DNA of 64,000 bases. It comes from Podarcis bocagei (Eukaryota). The position numbers were made by a program, and so were the translations under genes. The notes under the pieces were generated by a model. The model was not told the origin of the DNA and made no database searches. It saw only the letters and a program-made list of their open reading frames with translations. Shown in pieces: positions 1 to 13,385 of the stretch. Location: NCBI GenBank assembly GCA_964188305.1, contig OZ076886.1; one strand, 5' to 3'. The first letter of the stretch is position 1. Each line of letters opens with the position of its first letter.

Positions 1-154
1 GGAGTATGAGCAAGGAAAGAGAGGGAATCCTTCATTTTGATAGACAGCTCTCAATCACAGTGTTTTATTTTCTTCAGGGAGCTTCAGTTACAGAGATTTG
101 GGGAAGGGATTAAAAATGGTTTTTGTTTTTCATGCAGATCCATGCCTTCTCAAG

Positions 155-364
155 CAGAGAGCCTTCTCAGTAGTGTTGCCCGCCCTGTGGAACACCCTCC
201 CATCAGATGTCAAGGAAATAAAAAGCTATGTGACTTTTAGAAGACATTTGAAAGCAGCCCTGTTTAGGGAACTTTTTAACGTTTGGTGTTTTATCGTGTT
301 TTTAATATTCTGTTGGGAGCTGCCCAGAGTGGCTGGGGAAACCCAGCCAGATAGGTGGGGTATA

Positions 365-415
<51 letters not shown>
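155..415 (+). mobile_element. L2 LINE 3' fragment with (AAT)n tail
   Basis: Encodes RAFSVVLPALWNTLP..FRRHLKAALF (L2 ORF2 end); 3'UTR GCCCAGAGTGGCTGGGGAAACCCAGCCAGA shared with the copies at 4053 and 5340; (AAT)n 364-415. Confidence 0.85.
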
Positions 416-1617
416 CCTATGAAAGTCAATTGAGAGGTTTTCATTGTATCCCAAAAACCCACTGGGGTGGCAAAACCCCAGCCTTCAACAATGACCATTG
501 GGGGGGGGGGAAGTGTCATTGCTGGGAGGGTGACATATCACTCACTCCAGTCTGAGGATTTATGATGTTTTCCATGAGCCCCTTCCCTTAGGTAAGTAAG
601 GGATTGATCCCTATGTAAGGAAGGCATCAATCCATCCCAGGGACCCCAGAAATCTGTAAGCAGGAGCCAGAACTCCACTCCCTACCAATGACCATTCTTC
701 TTGTGGAGAGTGACATTTCACCTATCCAGGTCTTTCTTAGGGATCCATGCTTTTCCCTCCAACTCTACCTCAGGCTATGATTCTCACTGTATTCTCCCCA
801 AAACAGTAAAGTCTGTTCTTGCAAAAGAGTGAAAGCAGCAGCTCTAATCCAAAATTTTGCAAGCTTCATTCCCTCAGGAGGAGTAACAATGCCTGAAACT
901 TGCATCCCATTCTGACAAGTAATGAAGTTATAGACTTATTCTTTGTCTGTTTTTTTTTTTAAATCTCTTCTATGTCTGTCAATAACATCATGTCTGTTTT
1001 ATATTCCCTCATTTTACTGAGAGGTGGTGGTGGAAAGAGCTCCATTTCAAATTTTCTAATTCAGCCTTGAATGATGACTCAAATGCGCAAGACACAGAGC
1101 AGCTCTGAAACATCAGGCTGCTTCTCAAAGCTACAGATACAGATACAAGTTGAATCTTGTAAATGGTACACACATCTAAGCAATATCCATACATGCAACT
1201 GGTAATACACTATCTCACTCTAGAGATGTCAAACCTTTAAACTTGTAAAATGACAGGAGCCTATTTAACAGGTGAAGGTTTCCCTGGCACAAACGGCTTC
1301 ACCCATTTCCTACATTTCCACTATTAAAAGCCCAGAAATGGTCTTGGTTTGTTGTTGTTGTTGTTTTTTTAAAAAAAAAACAGTTGTCAGCTACATAGAA
1401 GTCTAGCATTTCCTGGGAATCTCATAACTAGCAACTGAAGAGTTCTGCTTCCTCCTACTTTTGAAATGTCCTCCGGTATACAGCTATGCCACACACAAAC
1501 CTCTGAAATATTAGTGAGATGTCATACACCTGAGACAAAAGAACATTCAAACATAATTTTAATTATCACTTTTGAGACATGAAAAGCCTGAACAAATCAG
1601 GAAACAAGTCGAGCCTG

Positions 1618-1660
<43 letters not shown>
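1618..1660. repeat. (TG)n microsatellite
   Basis: Direct reading. Confidence 0.95.
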
Positions 1661-1664
<4 letters not shown>

Positions 1665-2271
1665 TAGAGTTCTTTTAAAGTCTGTACTGTTTCTAGAGTT
1701 ATACACCTGCACATCAACATGGTCATTTCATTTCCAGTTGCAATGAACCCTCACCATGTCGCTGATCTCTGCTACAGAGTGCCATGTCGACTTCACAGAT
1801 GGGGCTCCTTAGAAAGTAGCCTTTCTGCGATTACGGTAACTTCTATGGAGAGGGCAGTTCTGTGATTACATTCCCTTCATACACAGAACTGTCCCTATTA
1901 TTGAAAAGGGCAATTTTAAGCTCTTGCCAATGCCATTGAAAGAGCACCAGGACCCCTATATTTGCAAGGATCACTGAATACATTCAGGCAATGTGACAAT
2001 CATAGTAGAATCTACTGCAATGAACCACAGGATTGCATGTTCCCCTCTCCATTTCTTTCCCTTGTGCAAGAGTGGAGATGTAAAGTGTCCAATCTTGGTT
2101 CTATAACAGACCAGTTTCCCACTTCATCCGAATACAAGAAACTTCATTTTGTACAACCATGCTTAGTTTCAAAAACTCGTTATTAATCCATAGTTTGGTC
2201 CTGGTTTGATTTTCTGATTTCCTGGAAATACAACAGGAAATGGAACTGAACATAGGGAACTGCACATGAAC

Positions 2272-2950
2272 TAGTGGATATATAATGAAAGAGAGAAAAT
2301 ATGAAATACTGGCCTAACATGTGATCCCGTGGAGGCTTTAAATGGACATGGATGGAAGAATTTATTATTCAATAATAAGTAATGGTGGTGAGAATTAATG
2401 GAGGTACGGTAACTAACAATTAGGAAACCTATCTTGAACTTTTTTGGGGGGGTGAAGACGATGGATGTTAGCATGGACTGAATGTTTAAAATAATCATTT
2501 ATTTGTTGTTTAATGTAATAGGTAGATAGAAAATTGAAAGTTTTCCTTTTGTATCTTTTGCTGATGTTTCTTTTTCATTCTTCTTTTTGTCACTCTCTTT
2601 TTCCTTTCTTTCTATTGCCACTTTCTTTCTTTTTTCTGTTTCTCTTCTTAGTTTCTTTTTCTTCCTTCCTTCTTTAGAGTCCTATGTCTGGGGCATTTGT
2701 TAAAGTCGAGAGATTGTATACTCATCAGCGAGGTAGATGGTTGGTGGAGGATCCTGGGAAAAGTCAGTCTCCCAGGGTGAAAGGCTGGAATGAGAAAGGA
2801 AAGATCCCAGCTGGGAACTGGGAGGAGCTATTGTCCCCAGTGGGTAGTAAGGACCAATAATTACTTTTAAGAGAAGATTTTACTTATTTGATTTGTATTT
2901 TCTGTAGTAGTTGTAATCTTACTATATTATGAAAAATCTTAATAAAAGAT
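2272..2950 (+). mobile_element. Probable old L1-type LINE 3' end
   Basis: A-rich decayed coding-like segment, then T-rich 3'UTR ending in AATAAA; family inferred only. Confidence 0.4.
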
Positions 2951-3974
2951 TTCCAACCATCAACTCTCCCTCCCTAATAACGGTTTGCACCAACCACAAT
3001 TTTGGTATTCTAATGAAATGCTGTTTGTTACAAACTCTGAACAGAAGTTTCTTTTCATACATGTTGCAGGGGAAAGAAGGATTCCTCAGATCTGAAGCTT
3101 GTTGCAGCACGTTTTTCTCACAACAAACCACAGTTCGTTGTCATTGGATCAAGGTACGTATAACTGAGCACGGATAACTTATAAAACCATATTGACGTAA
3201 ACATTTATTTTGAGAAACTGCCCGCATGTCACTGATGAGCATAGTGCATAGATTTGGGTGCAGGCGTTTGCTTGTTACGGAGAATGCATATTTATCCAAG
3301 AACTTGGGGTGAACTAGATGTTAGCAACCACGCCTGAGTTTAAGAAATAATAATGCACAGGTAGTTAAAGGAGCAAGACAACCGAGAGATTGTCAGAATG
3401 CAACTTGGGATATGGAAATATAGAAAAGGGACAATTTGAGGGAGGGAATTAACCCTGTCATCCACCTGGTTGATGTAGCAATGTTTAGCTTAGTGACGGA
3501 GGATATTTGGTTGACTGACAGAGGATAAGGGGGAAAGATTAAACTGGTCTCATTTTCAAAAGTTTCATGTAAATATATCCCCTTAACTGATGTCTGGCTC
3601 AGACAGTTTTGACAGCACCAATCACTTGCCTGGATTGGTGGTGAGATTGGATTTGGTACCTTCCACATTACATTCACACCCAACAGGTGTTCAGTAATGT
3701 CAGCACAGATGTTACAACTGTGTGCTAGGGGATGACATACAATTTTCTGTTCCTCACATAAGGCTGACTTACTGCCTCAAAGAGCTAACCTTGAAAGTTC
3801 CTTTTCCTCATTTTTCCCCTTACACCAACCTTACGAGGTAGGCAATACAGCAACTTGTATAAGAGATTCCCACAGGCTCCATTGCTAAGTAGAGATGTGA
3901 ATTCAGGCCTTCCCAATCTGGCAGTCTAGTTACTACACTACACTTACTCTGTCAGTTCTTTATCAGGAAGGCAG

Positions 3975-4560
3975 ACAGTGCAGTGCAATGGTTAGAGTGT
4001 TGGATTAGGAATGGGGAGAGTCGGGTTTATATCCCTACTCAGCCATGAAGCTGACCTTTAAAGCCCTAAACGGCCTCGGTCCAGTATACCTGAAGGAGCG
4101 TCTCCACCTCCATCGTTCTGCCCGGACACTGAGGTCCAGCGCCGAGGGCCTTCTGGCGGTTCCCTCACTGCGAGAAGCCAAGTTACAGGGAACCAGGCAG
4201 AGGGCCTTCTCGGTAGTGGCGCCCTCCCTGTGGAACGCCCTCCCACCAGATGTCAAAGAGAACAACAACTACCAGACTTTTAGAAGACATCTGAAGGCAG
4301 CCCTGTTTAGGGAAGCTTTTAATGTTTGATGTATCATAGTATTTTAATATTCTTTTGGAAGCCGCCCAGAGTGGCTGGGGAAACCCAGCCAGATGGGCGG
4401 GGTATAAATAATAAATTATTATTATTATTATGAAGCTCCGGCCTGTCACTACCTCTCAGCCTAGCCTATCTAGCAGGGTTGCTGTGAAGACAAAATTGGT
4501 GCAGATAACCATGTATGCACTTCCTTGAACTTCTTGAAGAAAAGGCAAGGCAATAAATAA
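3975..4560 (+). mobile_element. tRNA-derived (MIR/Squam-like) SINE split by an L2 insertion
   Basis: Head TGGTTAGAGTGTTGGA..CTCAGCCATGAAGCT; body resumes after 4437 with CTCTCAGCCTAGCCTA..CAGGGTTGCTGTGAAGA. Confidence 0.7.
4053..4429 (+). mobile_element. Young L2 LINE 3' fragment
   Basis: Uninterrupted L2 ORF2 C-terminus (LTFKALNGLGPVYLKERL..LRSS..WNALP..HLKAALF); TSD ATGAAGCT at 4045-4052 and 4430-4437. Confidence 0.9.
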
Positions 4561-5241
4561 ACAGAAGCTTGATAGTTTGCTTCAAGTCACAGCTATACTT
4601 TTGCTATGACTCTGCAATGGTGTGCTGTTGTTCCAAGTGAAGCCCTTAGCCGCTTAGTCCAAGTTTTTCAGCTGGAATGGAAATTCCGAATTGCCTCGTA
4701 CCTCAACCACACCGTTTTCACACAGGGGATCCACGTGCAGAAGCCTGTTTCCACATGTGGGTAATCCTTGATGGATCAGAATGCTTGTATTTTGTCTCGG
4801 TCGGCTTCTGTGAAGGTTGGCCAGTTAATTATCATTTCATCGCTGATGCTTCTAAGATAAGTTTGCCACAAACCTCACCTTGTGCCTACTTGTTGCAAAA
4901 CATGGAGACAGCTTGAGTAAATGTTACGACGTTCATTGAAGCCTCTGTCACATTCTCTCAGTATCATATAAAAATGCATTTACTCATAATCCCTTTATAA
5001 TGTGTATCCCGTTAATGAATTGTTTTCTACCTGGAAAAGAAAATCCTTGGAACTGCTGACTCTCTGCAAAAGGAAACCCACATAATTTCCTACTCCCACA
5101 GAGTACTCCCGCTGAATGAATGCTCTGTAGTTTAAAAAATGATATGTTCCCCATACTAGTCTATGTACTACATACAGAGTATTAGTAGCCTGATCTGTGT
5201 GCAAAAAAAGTCTGCTTCAAAACTAGCTTCCACTGCAGTAT

Positions 5242-5273
<32 letters not shown>

Positions 5274-5339
5274 ATACACATACAAATATATTTCCTTAGT
5301 TTTATTTCATAGCAGGAAACCTGGAGCAAGTTTTACTTA

Positions 5340-5547
5340 GCCTTCTCGGTGGTGGCACCCACCCGGTAGAACGCCCTCCCATCAGATGTCAAGGAAATAA
5401 ACAACTGACTTTTAGAAGACATCTGAAGGCAGCCCTGATTAGGGAAGTTTTTAATGTTTGATGTTTTATTCTGTTGATTGCTGCCCAGAGTGACTGGGGA
5501 AACCCAGCCAGATGGGCGGGGTATAAATAATAAATTGTTGTTATTAT
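5340..5547 (+). mobile_element. L2 LINE 3' fragment
   Basis: Closely similar to the 3' part of 4053-4429. Confidence 0.85.
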
Positions 5548-5693
5548 TTTAAATGATATATTTGTAATACATTGATGCACATTACCACAGTTTCAAACCA
5601 TGATTGCTTTGAAACTAACATGGGAGACTTGTTTGCCAATAACCATGGGACAAGTAAGACACTCCAGGTAGTTAAATGAAGTGTGAAAAGACT

Positions 5694-5959
5694 AGTTACA
5701 GGTAGGTAGCCGTGTTGGTCTGCCGTGGTCAAAACAAAATTTAAAAATTCCTTCGAGTAGCACCTTAGAGAGCAACTAAGTTTGTTATTGGTATGAGCCT
5801 GGTATCTGAAGAAGTCTGCTTGGCAGGGGCTTGGCAGGGGGTTGGACTCGATGGCCCTTGTGGTCTCTTCCAACTCTATGATTCTATGATTCTATGAAAG
5901 CTCACACTAATAACAGACTTAGTTGCTCTCTAAGGTGCTACTCGAAGGAATTTTTTTAT
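5694..5959 (+). mobile_element. Mini Penelope-like element (inverted hairpin) with a hammerhead core interrupted by a CR1 tail
   Basis: TSD TGTGAAAAGACT (5682-5693, 5960-5971); inverted arms; GGTATCTGAAGAAG...GAAAGCTC split by the CR1 3' end. Confidence 0.8.
5818..5895 (+). mobile_element. CR1 LINE extreme 3' end
   Basis: GGGTTGGACTCGATGGCCCTTGTGGTCTCTTCCAACTCT(ATGATTCT)n; reverse complement of the CR1 end at 31982. Confidence 0.85.
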
Positions 5960-6449
5960 TGTGAAAAGACTGGCATTGAAACTAGTAGAGCTCATGACTA
6001 AGTAAGCTAAGTAACCTAATATAAGTAGTTAGGTTGTCAAGAAATGGGGAAATTATTTGCAGATTACCACTGTACTGCTATGACTACTCACTCAACACCC
6101 CATTTCTATGTAGCTGAGACTCCATATTTGTAGAGGTAACTTACCTTTAGGGGTAACCCTGTGCATTGTCCTGATCCCATGATTTCTCCTGCCCATGTGC
6201 CCTGACGAATGTTATTGTGATACTACACAATCTGAGAGACTCGCATGGTTTCCGCTTGCCTACTGCTACAACTACAGCACTCTTATCATGTGCAAATTGT
6301 ATTGTACACAGTAATGACCCTGCCACAGCAGCAATGAACGGGGCCTAAATCCCACAGGATGGAGTGATGGCCACGCATTTGGCTTTAAAAGGGGGTGAGG
6401 CAATTTCATGGAGGATAAGGCTGTCATAGTAGTCTATGCGACCCCCGAG

Positions 6450-6537
6450 CCAAGGAAATAAGTAAGTGTACAACCTTTAGAAGACACCTGAAGGCAGTTT
6501 TTTAAATGTTTAATAGCTGGCATATAAATAATAAAAG

Positions 6538-6587
<50 letters not shown>
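6450..6587 (+). mobile_element. Short L2 3' remnant with (TTA)n tail
   Basis: CTTTAGAAGACACCTGAAGGCAG, then TATAAATAATAAA and (TTA)n. Confidence 0.65.
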
Positions 6588-7666
6588 TAGGACATCACCA
6601 TTTTAATCAGGAAAATGTTGAAGGGTATGCTAGTCACAAGGACTATATTCTGTCTCCACTGTTGGAGGCAGTATGCCTCTGAATCCCAGTGGCTGGGAAT
6701 GCTATGTGGGGAGAGGATTGTTGCTCTCAGGTTCAGTCTGTGGGCCTGCTACAAGCATCTGGTTGGTAGGGCTGCCATATGTTCAGATTTTCTTGGAAAT
6801 TACTGTGATTTCAAAGGTGGAATTGATGCCTGGAGGGAATTTCCGAAAGGTGGTGCTTTGTCCTGGATTGTAGGCAAGTCAATTGAAAAATCGTAGGGCT
6901 GTTAGGTTCTTAGACTTCAGCATCTTAACTTCAGCATCCTCATTCTAAAGCTGGAAAGATCTAAACTGCACTCCCACATAACATTGCCACCCACTCCTAT
7001 CCTAATTCACAGCATAATGATACAGGAAAGGAGCTGCCTCTAAGGGCCATTTTGCCAGATGGAGATTATTAGAGAACAGCGTATTTCAGTTTTGTATTCT
7101 CTGCTTCAATAGTCAGAAATACAAAAACGCATAAAGTTTAGCAGACCCATAATCTTGCCCTTCCGGCAATGTGAGGGATACAGAGCCAGGATCTGATTCA
7201 TAAGCTCAATTAAACAATATTAAAATATCTTTGAATCATAAAGAACACATTTCAGGGTATGTCACACTTCACAGCGTTGCATGAAGAATAAGCGGCCTTG
7301 AAGTTATGATCTCCGGTTACTCAATTCTCCTATTTGCTCAGGCACTGCAGGTTTGCTTAACGGTTACTGCCCCAATATTGCACAACTGGAACTATAACAA
7401 TACAGTAAGAGAATTCCTACCTGACAGCTGTTGGAGGACGCGTATGAGGCTGTTTGGCTGCCTCTCACAGAGCCTTATCACTTTCCAGCCAGGGGTGGGG
7501 ATGGGAATCAGACAAAACACACAACTTGAAGAGGAAGAAGTTCATACTGTGGCATTAGACAACTCACACAAGCTCCACTGTGTATTCTGGCACCTTCCCA
7601 TCTCAATATTACCTTTCAGTTAAAGGCTTCTTTTCCCATACAGAATACACACATTATGCACTTAGA

Positions 7667-8218
7667 TTTCATAGGACTGGTTGGACACTCAGCAATGGTG
7701 GGAGGACCCAGATGGGGTGAGGAACCACCAAGGGAAGAAGGCTTGGAGAAGAGGAGGTGTTGGAAGCTGAAGGGGTAACAGGGCTAAGTGAGCCGGGAGA
7801 GTCTGTGGCAGAGAGAAGCCCAGAACCAGAGGCAGAAGCTGGAGCAGGATAGTGGGAGGAGGGAGGCCTAGAGGCAGAGATGAGTCAGGCTGGTGAAGAG
7901 TGAGTGTCTCCCCCTCCTGCTGTGACAAGCGCTCCTCCCTTCCGACTCCAAGAACCAGAAGAGGCATGAAATGGGAGTAAAAAAGACAGGCTGCATGCAG
8001 GTGCAGTCTCAGGTTGCTTGCAAGTAGCCCCAAAGAGGAGGAGAAGACACAGACAACTGGCGGGGGGGGGGCTTTTAGTCTCTGCAACTGATTTCAGGGA
8101 GTAGGACCCACAGGGCATGAGCTGCTGAAACTTAGCTAAGTCTGTGAATACCGTGTTTTGCTCATAAAGAGTCAACTCCAGCTTTTAACTGTGTGTTTTT
8201 CTGACTGGCTCTGTGACA
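7667..8218 (+). mobile_element. Degenerate solo LTR (Gypsy/ERV-type)
   Basis: GA-rich 5' half, ATAAA signal, ends TGTGACA; start TTTCA may be a decayed TGTCA; TSD only 3/5 matched. Confidence 0.55.
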
Positions 8219-10798
8219 ATAAATCATGGACGAAAGCCTTTGCCATCCCGATGCCCTCCAGATGTTTTGGACCACAACTCCCATCAGCCCCAGTCAGCAC
8301 CGACCAGGGCTGGTGGGAGCTGTAGCTCTAATCATCTGGACAGCACCAGATTGGTAAAGGCTGTGATATGGCATTCCACTCCTACAACACACCGACGTGC
8401 ACTAGCAAAGTTGTAGAGATCCTGTCTCCCCAATACAGAATGAAGCTGGCCAAGCTGGCAGGTACATTCCTGACAAAGGCACACACTCAATGCCAACATT
8501 CCAGCAACCTATACAGAGAGCTGAAGGAATAACATGCACTGCACTGTCCCGACCCCTGCAACCCTTTCTTTTTCCTTTCCTTTTTGTTAAATTAGCATTT
8601 CATTGCTTTTCATATTTAGCAAATGTACCTGACATAAATGGCAAGGGGGGGGATGACAACAGCACCCCATCCCACGTGACAAAGCCCACAGCTTTCCCTA
8701 AAAGCTAATGAGAAAAATTTAGCAAAGGAAGGGGGGGATGAAATGTCAACGTAGTTAAGGATGGGTACATATCAATTTCGGTTTCTCTCCATTTCTCCCT
8801 TTCCTAATCTTAAATTCACTTCTCCATATTGCTACATCAGTTTGCAAAGTTGTCATTTTCACTAGTACACACAATAATTGGCCAGAGAACATCATTGCAA
8901 AATTCAGAGAAGTGCAAATTTTGAAGAATGGCAGTGTTTCTGTTCACATCTTGTTTTGGAAAGAGCAAATTAGGTAGGTTCACCTTTAAATGCAAACTGA
9001 GTCCAATTTCTCTCCAACAAGTTAGTATAAACCTTGTTTATCATTCCCCCGATCAGGGTAGTGTACACTATACAAGGTAGTATAGCAAAGGCAAGGGAGG
9101 GCGTCTCCAAAGTGTCAGTATTTTCTGGGAGGTATTCAGACTTAAGGTTTGCACAATTAAAGTGGATTAAAGCTTTCTGTTGTCCTAGTACAACAAATCC
9201 ACTTTAAAAAACAACAAAGGGCTTTTGTGGTTTGAAAAGTGATGAGGAAACACATTGGAATTGGGATGGATGAATGGCTACTGGGGAGACACAGAAACAC
9301 CCCATAAGAAAGAGATGTTGAGGACACAAGCTCTGAACATAGGCATAGCCATAGGTATTCCTTTCTCCCATGCTTTTCTCTAGCCTTCCCCCAATATTCA
9401 AAGTACAGATGTGAGTCTTGTTCTACAGAAAAGAATTCTACTGTCTCAGAATTCCACTGAGGGTGAATTTGTGGAAACCTCCTCCCTGAGTGCAATAAAC
9501 TAGGACACAAAAAACCTTTCTCCCTGGTAAGCTCTTTTACTGCATCTGGGAAATTCCAAACACACAGAGAGAGCAGAATGAAATGGTGCAGTCCAGAATT
9601 TTAATATCTCAGTTCACCACCACATTCTGTATAATGGGCAGATCAGCTAAGGCAGACCAAGGCAATGGATCCAGTTTCTCTGTGACTTTCTCACAGACTA
9701 AACCACATTTCTGGAACAAGTCAGGAGTTGCACAGCCAGTACATACCGTCTCAAACAACACAGTGTGTAAATTATGCACTGTCCTGAGGTGGCATCTGTC
9801 CAAAAAAAGTTAGTCACACTTCAATGCCATTGAAAACAAAGGAACACAGATTTCTCTAGACTGGTACCAGTGTGTTTTCCTTGCCTGGAATAAGATGTAA
9901 AACAGCCTCCCAAAATTTGTGGTTTTAATTTGGGGACAGAGTTTTGGAAGGTTCAGTATTTAGGAAATTCCAAAGATTTCTAGATGCGGTGAAGAAGACA
10001 CATGATCACTAAATATCCAGCAGTACTTTCATTGTTCCTAAAAAGGTTCCCTGGAGTAATTGCATATTATTTAAGCACTACATTACCTAAGACTGGAGGA
10101 GCAAATAACAGACTCATATTAAAAGAAAAGGTTATCATTCATCGCAAAATATTTAACATTATCCCAGTGAAGGTCCAGTTGTGCTAATGTGCAATTTGAC
10201 TACTAGAAGAGGCACATATTATTGAATCAATATTATTTTCCATCTGTAATACGTCCAGCTGAGAGCCCAGTCCTTCAGCATTAATTCAGATGGGGATGCC
10301 CAAAAGAATCTAGCATTGCTAGCTAAGGCATCACACTCTGCATTGGATCACCTTTCCTGCTTGAACTTTAGGAACTGCAGAACAACTTCCATTTTACATA
10401 TTTTATCGGCCCTTATCTCTCTTTCTGTCCTCCCCTGCAAGTTCATACTTGATTCTGCAGGATGCAATCCTTCATCCGTTCTACACATACAAAAGGTGAA
10501 TCTGGGGTCTGATTTGGAGAAAACGCTTCAGGGTAGGAGGAGTTTGAGAGGGAAGCCAGTCAAAGCTGCACGCTGGGTGGCATAATCCACAGAAGGCAAT
10601 TGTTACTGGATAAACTCCCAAGGCTATTAAATCATGATCTGAGAGCATCTCCTTTAGGCCCCTGAACCACTAACGCACCTTGACGTACCTTTTTAATGCA
10701 CAGTTTATGTGAACATGTTCTTATGAGTAGAAAGGGTTACAAAAACCGGTAACAGTGACAGGGCCAACCTGTTGGTATTAAGTTGTGGACCTAGCAGG

Positions 10799-10802
<4 letters not shown>

Positions 10803-10856
<54 letters not shown>

Positions 10857-10870
10857 ACACACACACACAC
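10803..10870. repeat. (CT)n(CA)n compound microsatellite
   Basis: Direct reading. Confidence 0.95.
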
Positions 10871-11449
10871 CATTCATGTTTCCCTGTTTCTATCTCACCT
10901 CCCCAATGAGTCCTGGTTTGTTTTGAGGTTTCTGCTGCCTGTCTCGTACGTGAGTGTCAATTTTGCAAGTGGCAAAGGGAGGGAACTGTAGTAACATGCC
11001 CAGCTCTTCCTTTCTGCAAAGCACTAATAGCACCAGCTATTTCATTCTGAGACCTCCATCTCGGTTTACTTCAAGAGGGGTCTGCCGTGATCACAATGCC
11101 AGACAGGAGATTGTGCAAGTGAGCATACAACTACTGTAGCATACTGGGACATGGTGCTAGGCATGTCATCCAGCCAGAATTGCACAGATGGAAGGAGAAT
11201 GCTATTCTCTTGGTCTGTTGCTTGAAATGTGGGAGTGCAAAGCCTGAAGAGATTCCACCAGAGTCAATTTGTGCATGAAGATGCAGAGCTGCTGACACCT
11301 GCATTAGAACATTGAATGGGAATTGTGGCTTGTACTGTGCATGCATCTATATGGCATAGCCATGGTGATGGAAAAGGGGGAGGGATTAAGTGTGAATTCG
11401 CAAGATGAATGCCGCTTGAGATACCAAAGGACAGAAAAGGAAGGATTAA

Positions 11450-12055
11450 AAAGGAAACATTTAAAAAAATTATTTAAAATGACATTCATTAAAAAACCAG
11501 AAGCTTTTTCATTAGGTGTTTTAAGACAACAATTGCCGAAAGCAAAACGGACATTATTTATGTATGTATGCTACAACAGCGACAAGAAGACTGGAGAAGT
11601 ACCATTGAAAGCACAATGGCAGGAAAAGTTGATGAATTATGCAGAGCTTGCAAAATTAACAGACAAACTACATGAAAAGGACAATAGGGACTTTGAAAAA
11701 GAATGGGAACCTTTTACAATATTTGCACAAACAACAAAAAGAAATGGTCTCGTTGGCAGGATTTAAATAAACATTTACGATTTTATTTACTGAGAACAAG
11801 AAGTATAACAATGTGATAACATAATATAGTATACAAACAGCAGAATGTATCATCTGATGTAACAAACCAGAAATGGTAGTTGAGGGAAGTCCACAGGGAA
11901 GGGGGGGAATTGGAAAATGTATGTTTAGCAATGTTACTGGATATTTGTTATGAGAAAAGAAATTTAATAAAAATTATAGAAAAGAAAAGAAAAGAAAAGA
12001 AAAGAAAATAAAAGAAAAGAAAAGAAAAGAAAAGAAAAGAAAAGAAAAGAAAGGA
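11450..12055 (+). mobile_element. L1 LINE 3' fragment with (GAAAA)n tail
   Basis: KKPEAF..LFMY..WQEKLMNYAELAKLT..EWEPF; same motif in the copies at 25.2, 32.6, 36.3 and 60.6 kb; AATAAA then A-rich tail. Confidence 0.8.
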
Positions 12056-13385
12056 AGGATGCCCATTCTTGGAGAAAAGGAATTCCGAATGTGCCCGAAG
12101 GGATTCAGAAGAAAAAATATGGCAACTTTATGTGGCAGAAATATGTTGTTTCTATATTACAAAAATGCAAAAGTTACTTTTCATTTTCCCCCAAATGTAA
12201 ACATTTTAGCACTTGATGATGAAAAGAATCTGATGGAAACAGCATGCATTTAACCCATTTACTTATTCTGGATAATCCATTTCAGTGTTATCTGAATGCT
12301 CCCATTTTCCTACATTTGAGTCCCATGTTTTAAAATGGATTCCCCCCCCCCTCCCCTTAACAAACATTACAGTTTGCACAAAATTGACTCCCTTGGTCCA
12401 GAAGCTGATTCCAGCTTCTCCTGTATGGGAACACCCCCAATGGATAAAAGCATCACACAGGTGTGTGGATTATAGTGTTATAGTAACCCTTTTCTGGTAT
12501 GACAATAACTCATTTATGGCTTCCTGTTCAGCATGGCTGGAGGATTAGTGATGTATTGTCCCTAAACTTCCCCTTATCCATTCAGCTTGTTATTCCCAAA
12601 GCGGGAGAGACCTAAAGTAGTGGTTTCCTTTCATTGCTATTATTTTTTCTTGCTTTACATTTGGGGTCACCTTTCGTTATTTGTTCTTGTTTTCTTTTTA
12701 TAGCAAAATAGCAAAGCTCTGGGGAACAGAAGCTGATGAGCAGAGAAGTCGAAGCTCCTGCTAAGCAACAGCAGAAGAACTTAATGGTGGAGACATCACT
12801 GCATCTGGAGGAGAACCATTCCTTATGCCAGCCAAAGCAGAAACTGGGGACAGGAAAAGCTCTGGATCTTTGCTGTCCCAGATCCAGACAGGTGCAGCAG
12901 AGAGGCCCAAATTGGGCCCATTGGTAGCTGGACCAGCTTAGGATCCAGCAGGTCCTTGGACAGCCCATCTCCTCCTCTTCTTTGCTCCTCAAATGCCCCA
13001 TTTTGGAGGTACACACCAGCTACTGCCCATAGAGATCTTGCCAACAGTAGCTTCTGCCTGCATTTTAGGCACGCATGGACATTCCACAGTGATGGAGCAC
13101 AGCTAAGCAGAACTGGAGAGAGGGGGGGGCACCTCTGTTTCATCCAAACTCTTTCCAGAACAGCAGATTGGAGGTTTAGATTGCTCTGCCCATAAGGAAT
13201 CCCCCCAGCTATACTGAACAGGAAGCAAGAAAACTGACTCAGCCTGTATATGGAAAACTTTTGTTGGACGACTCAATAGCCTTTAAAGGCCTCAGTAGCA
13301 CTAGGCACCAGGCAATTGGGCTTTATAGCAGCAGCAACAACAACAAAGCCACAAATGAAACATACAGGACAACTGACATATGCAT

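Noticed and set aside
12711-12890. Plus-strand coding exon QSSGEQKLMSREVEAP..PRSRQ
   Set aside because: Acceptor is plausible but the donor GTGCAG is poor, and there is no recognisable homology
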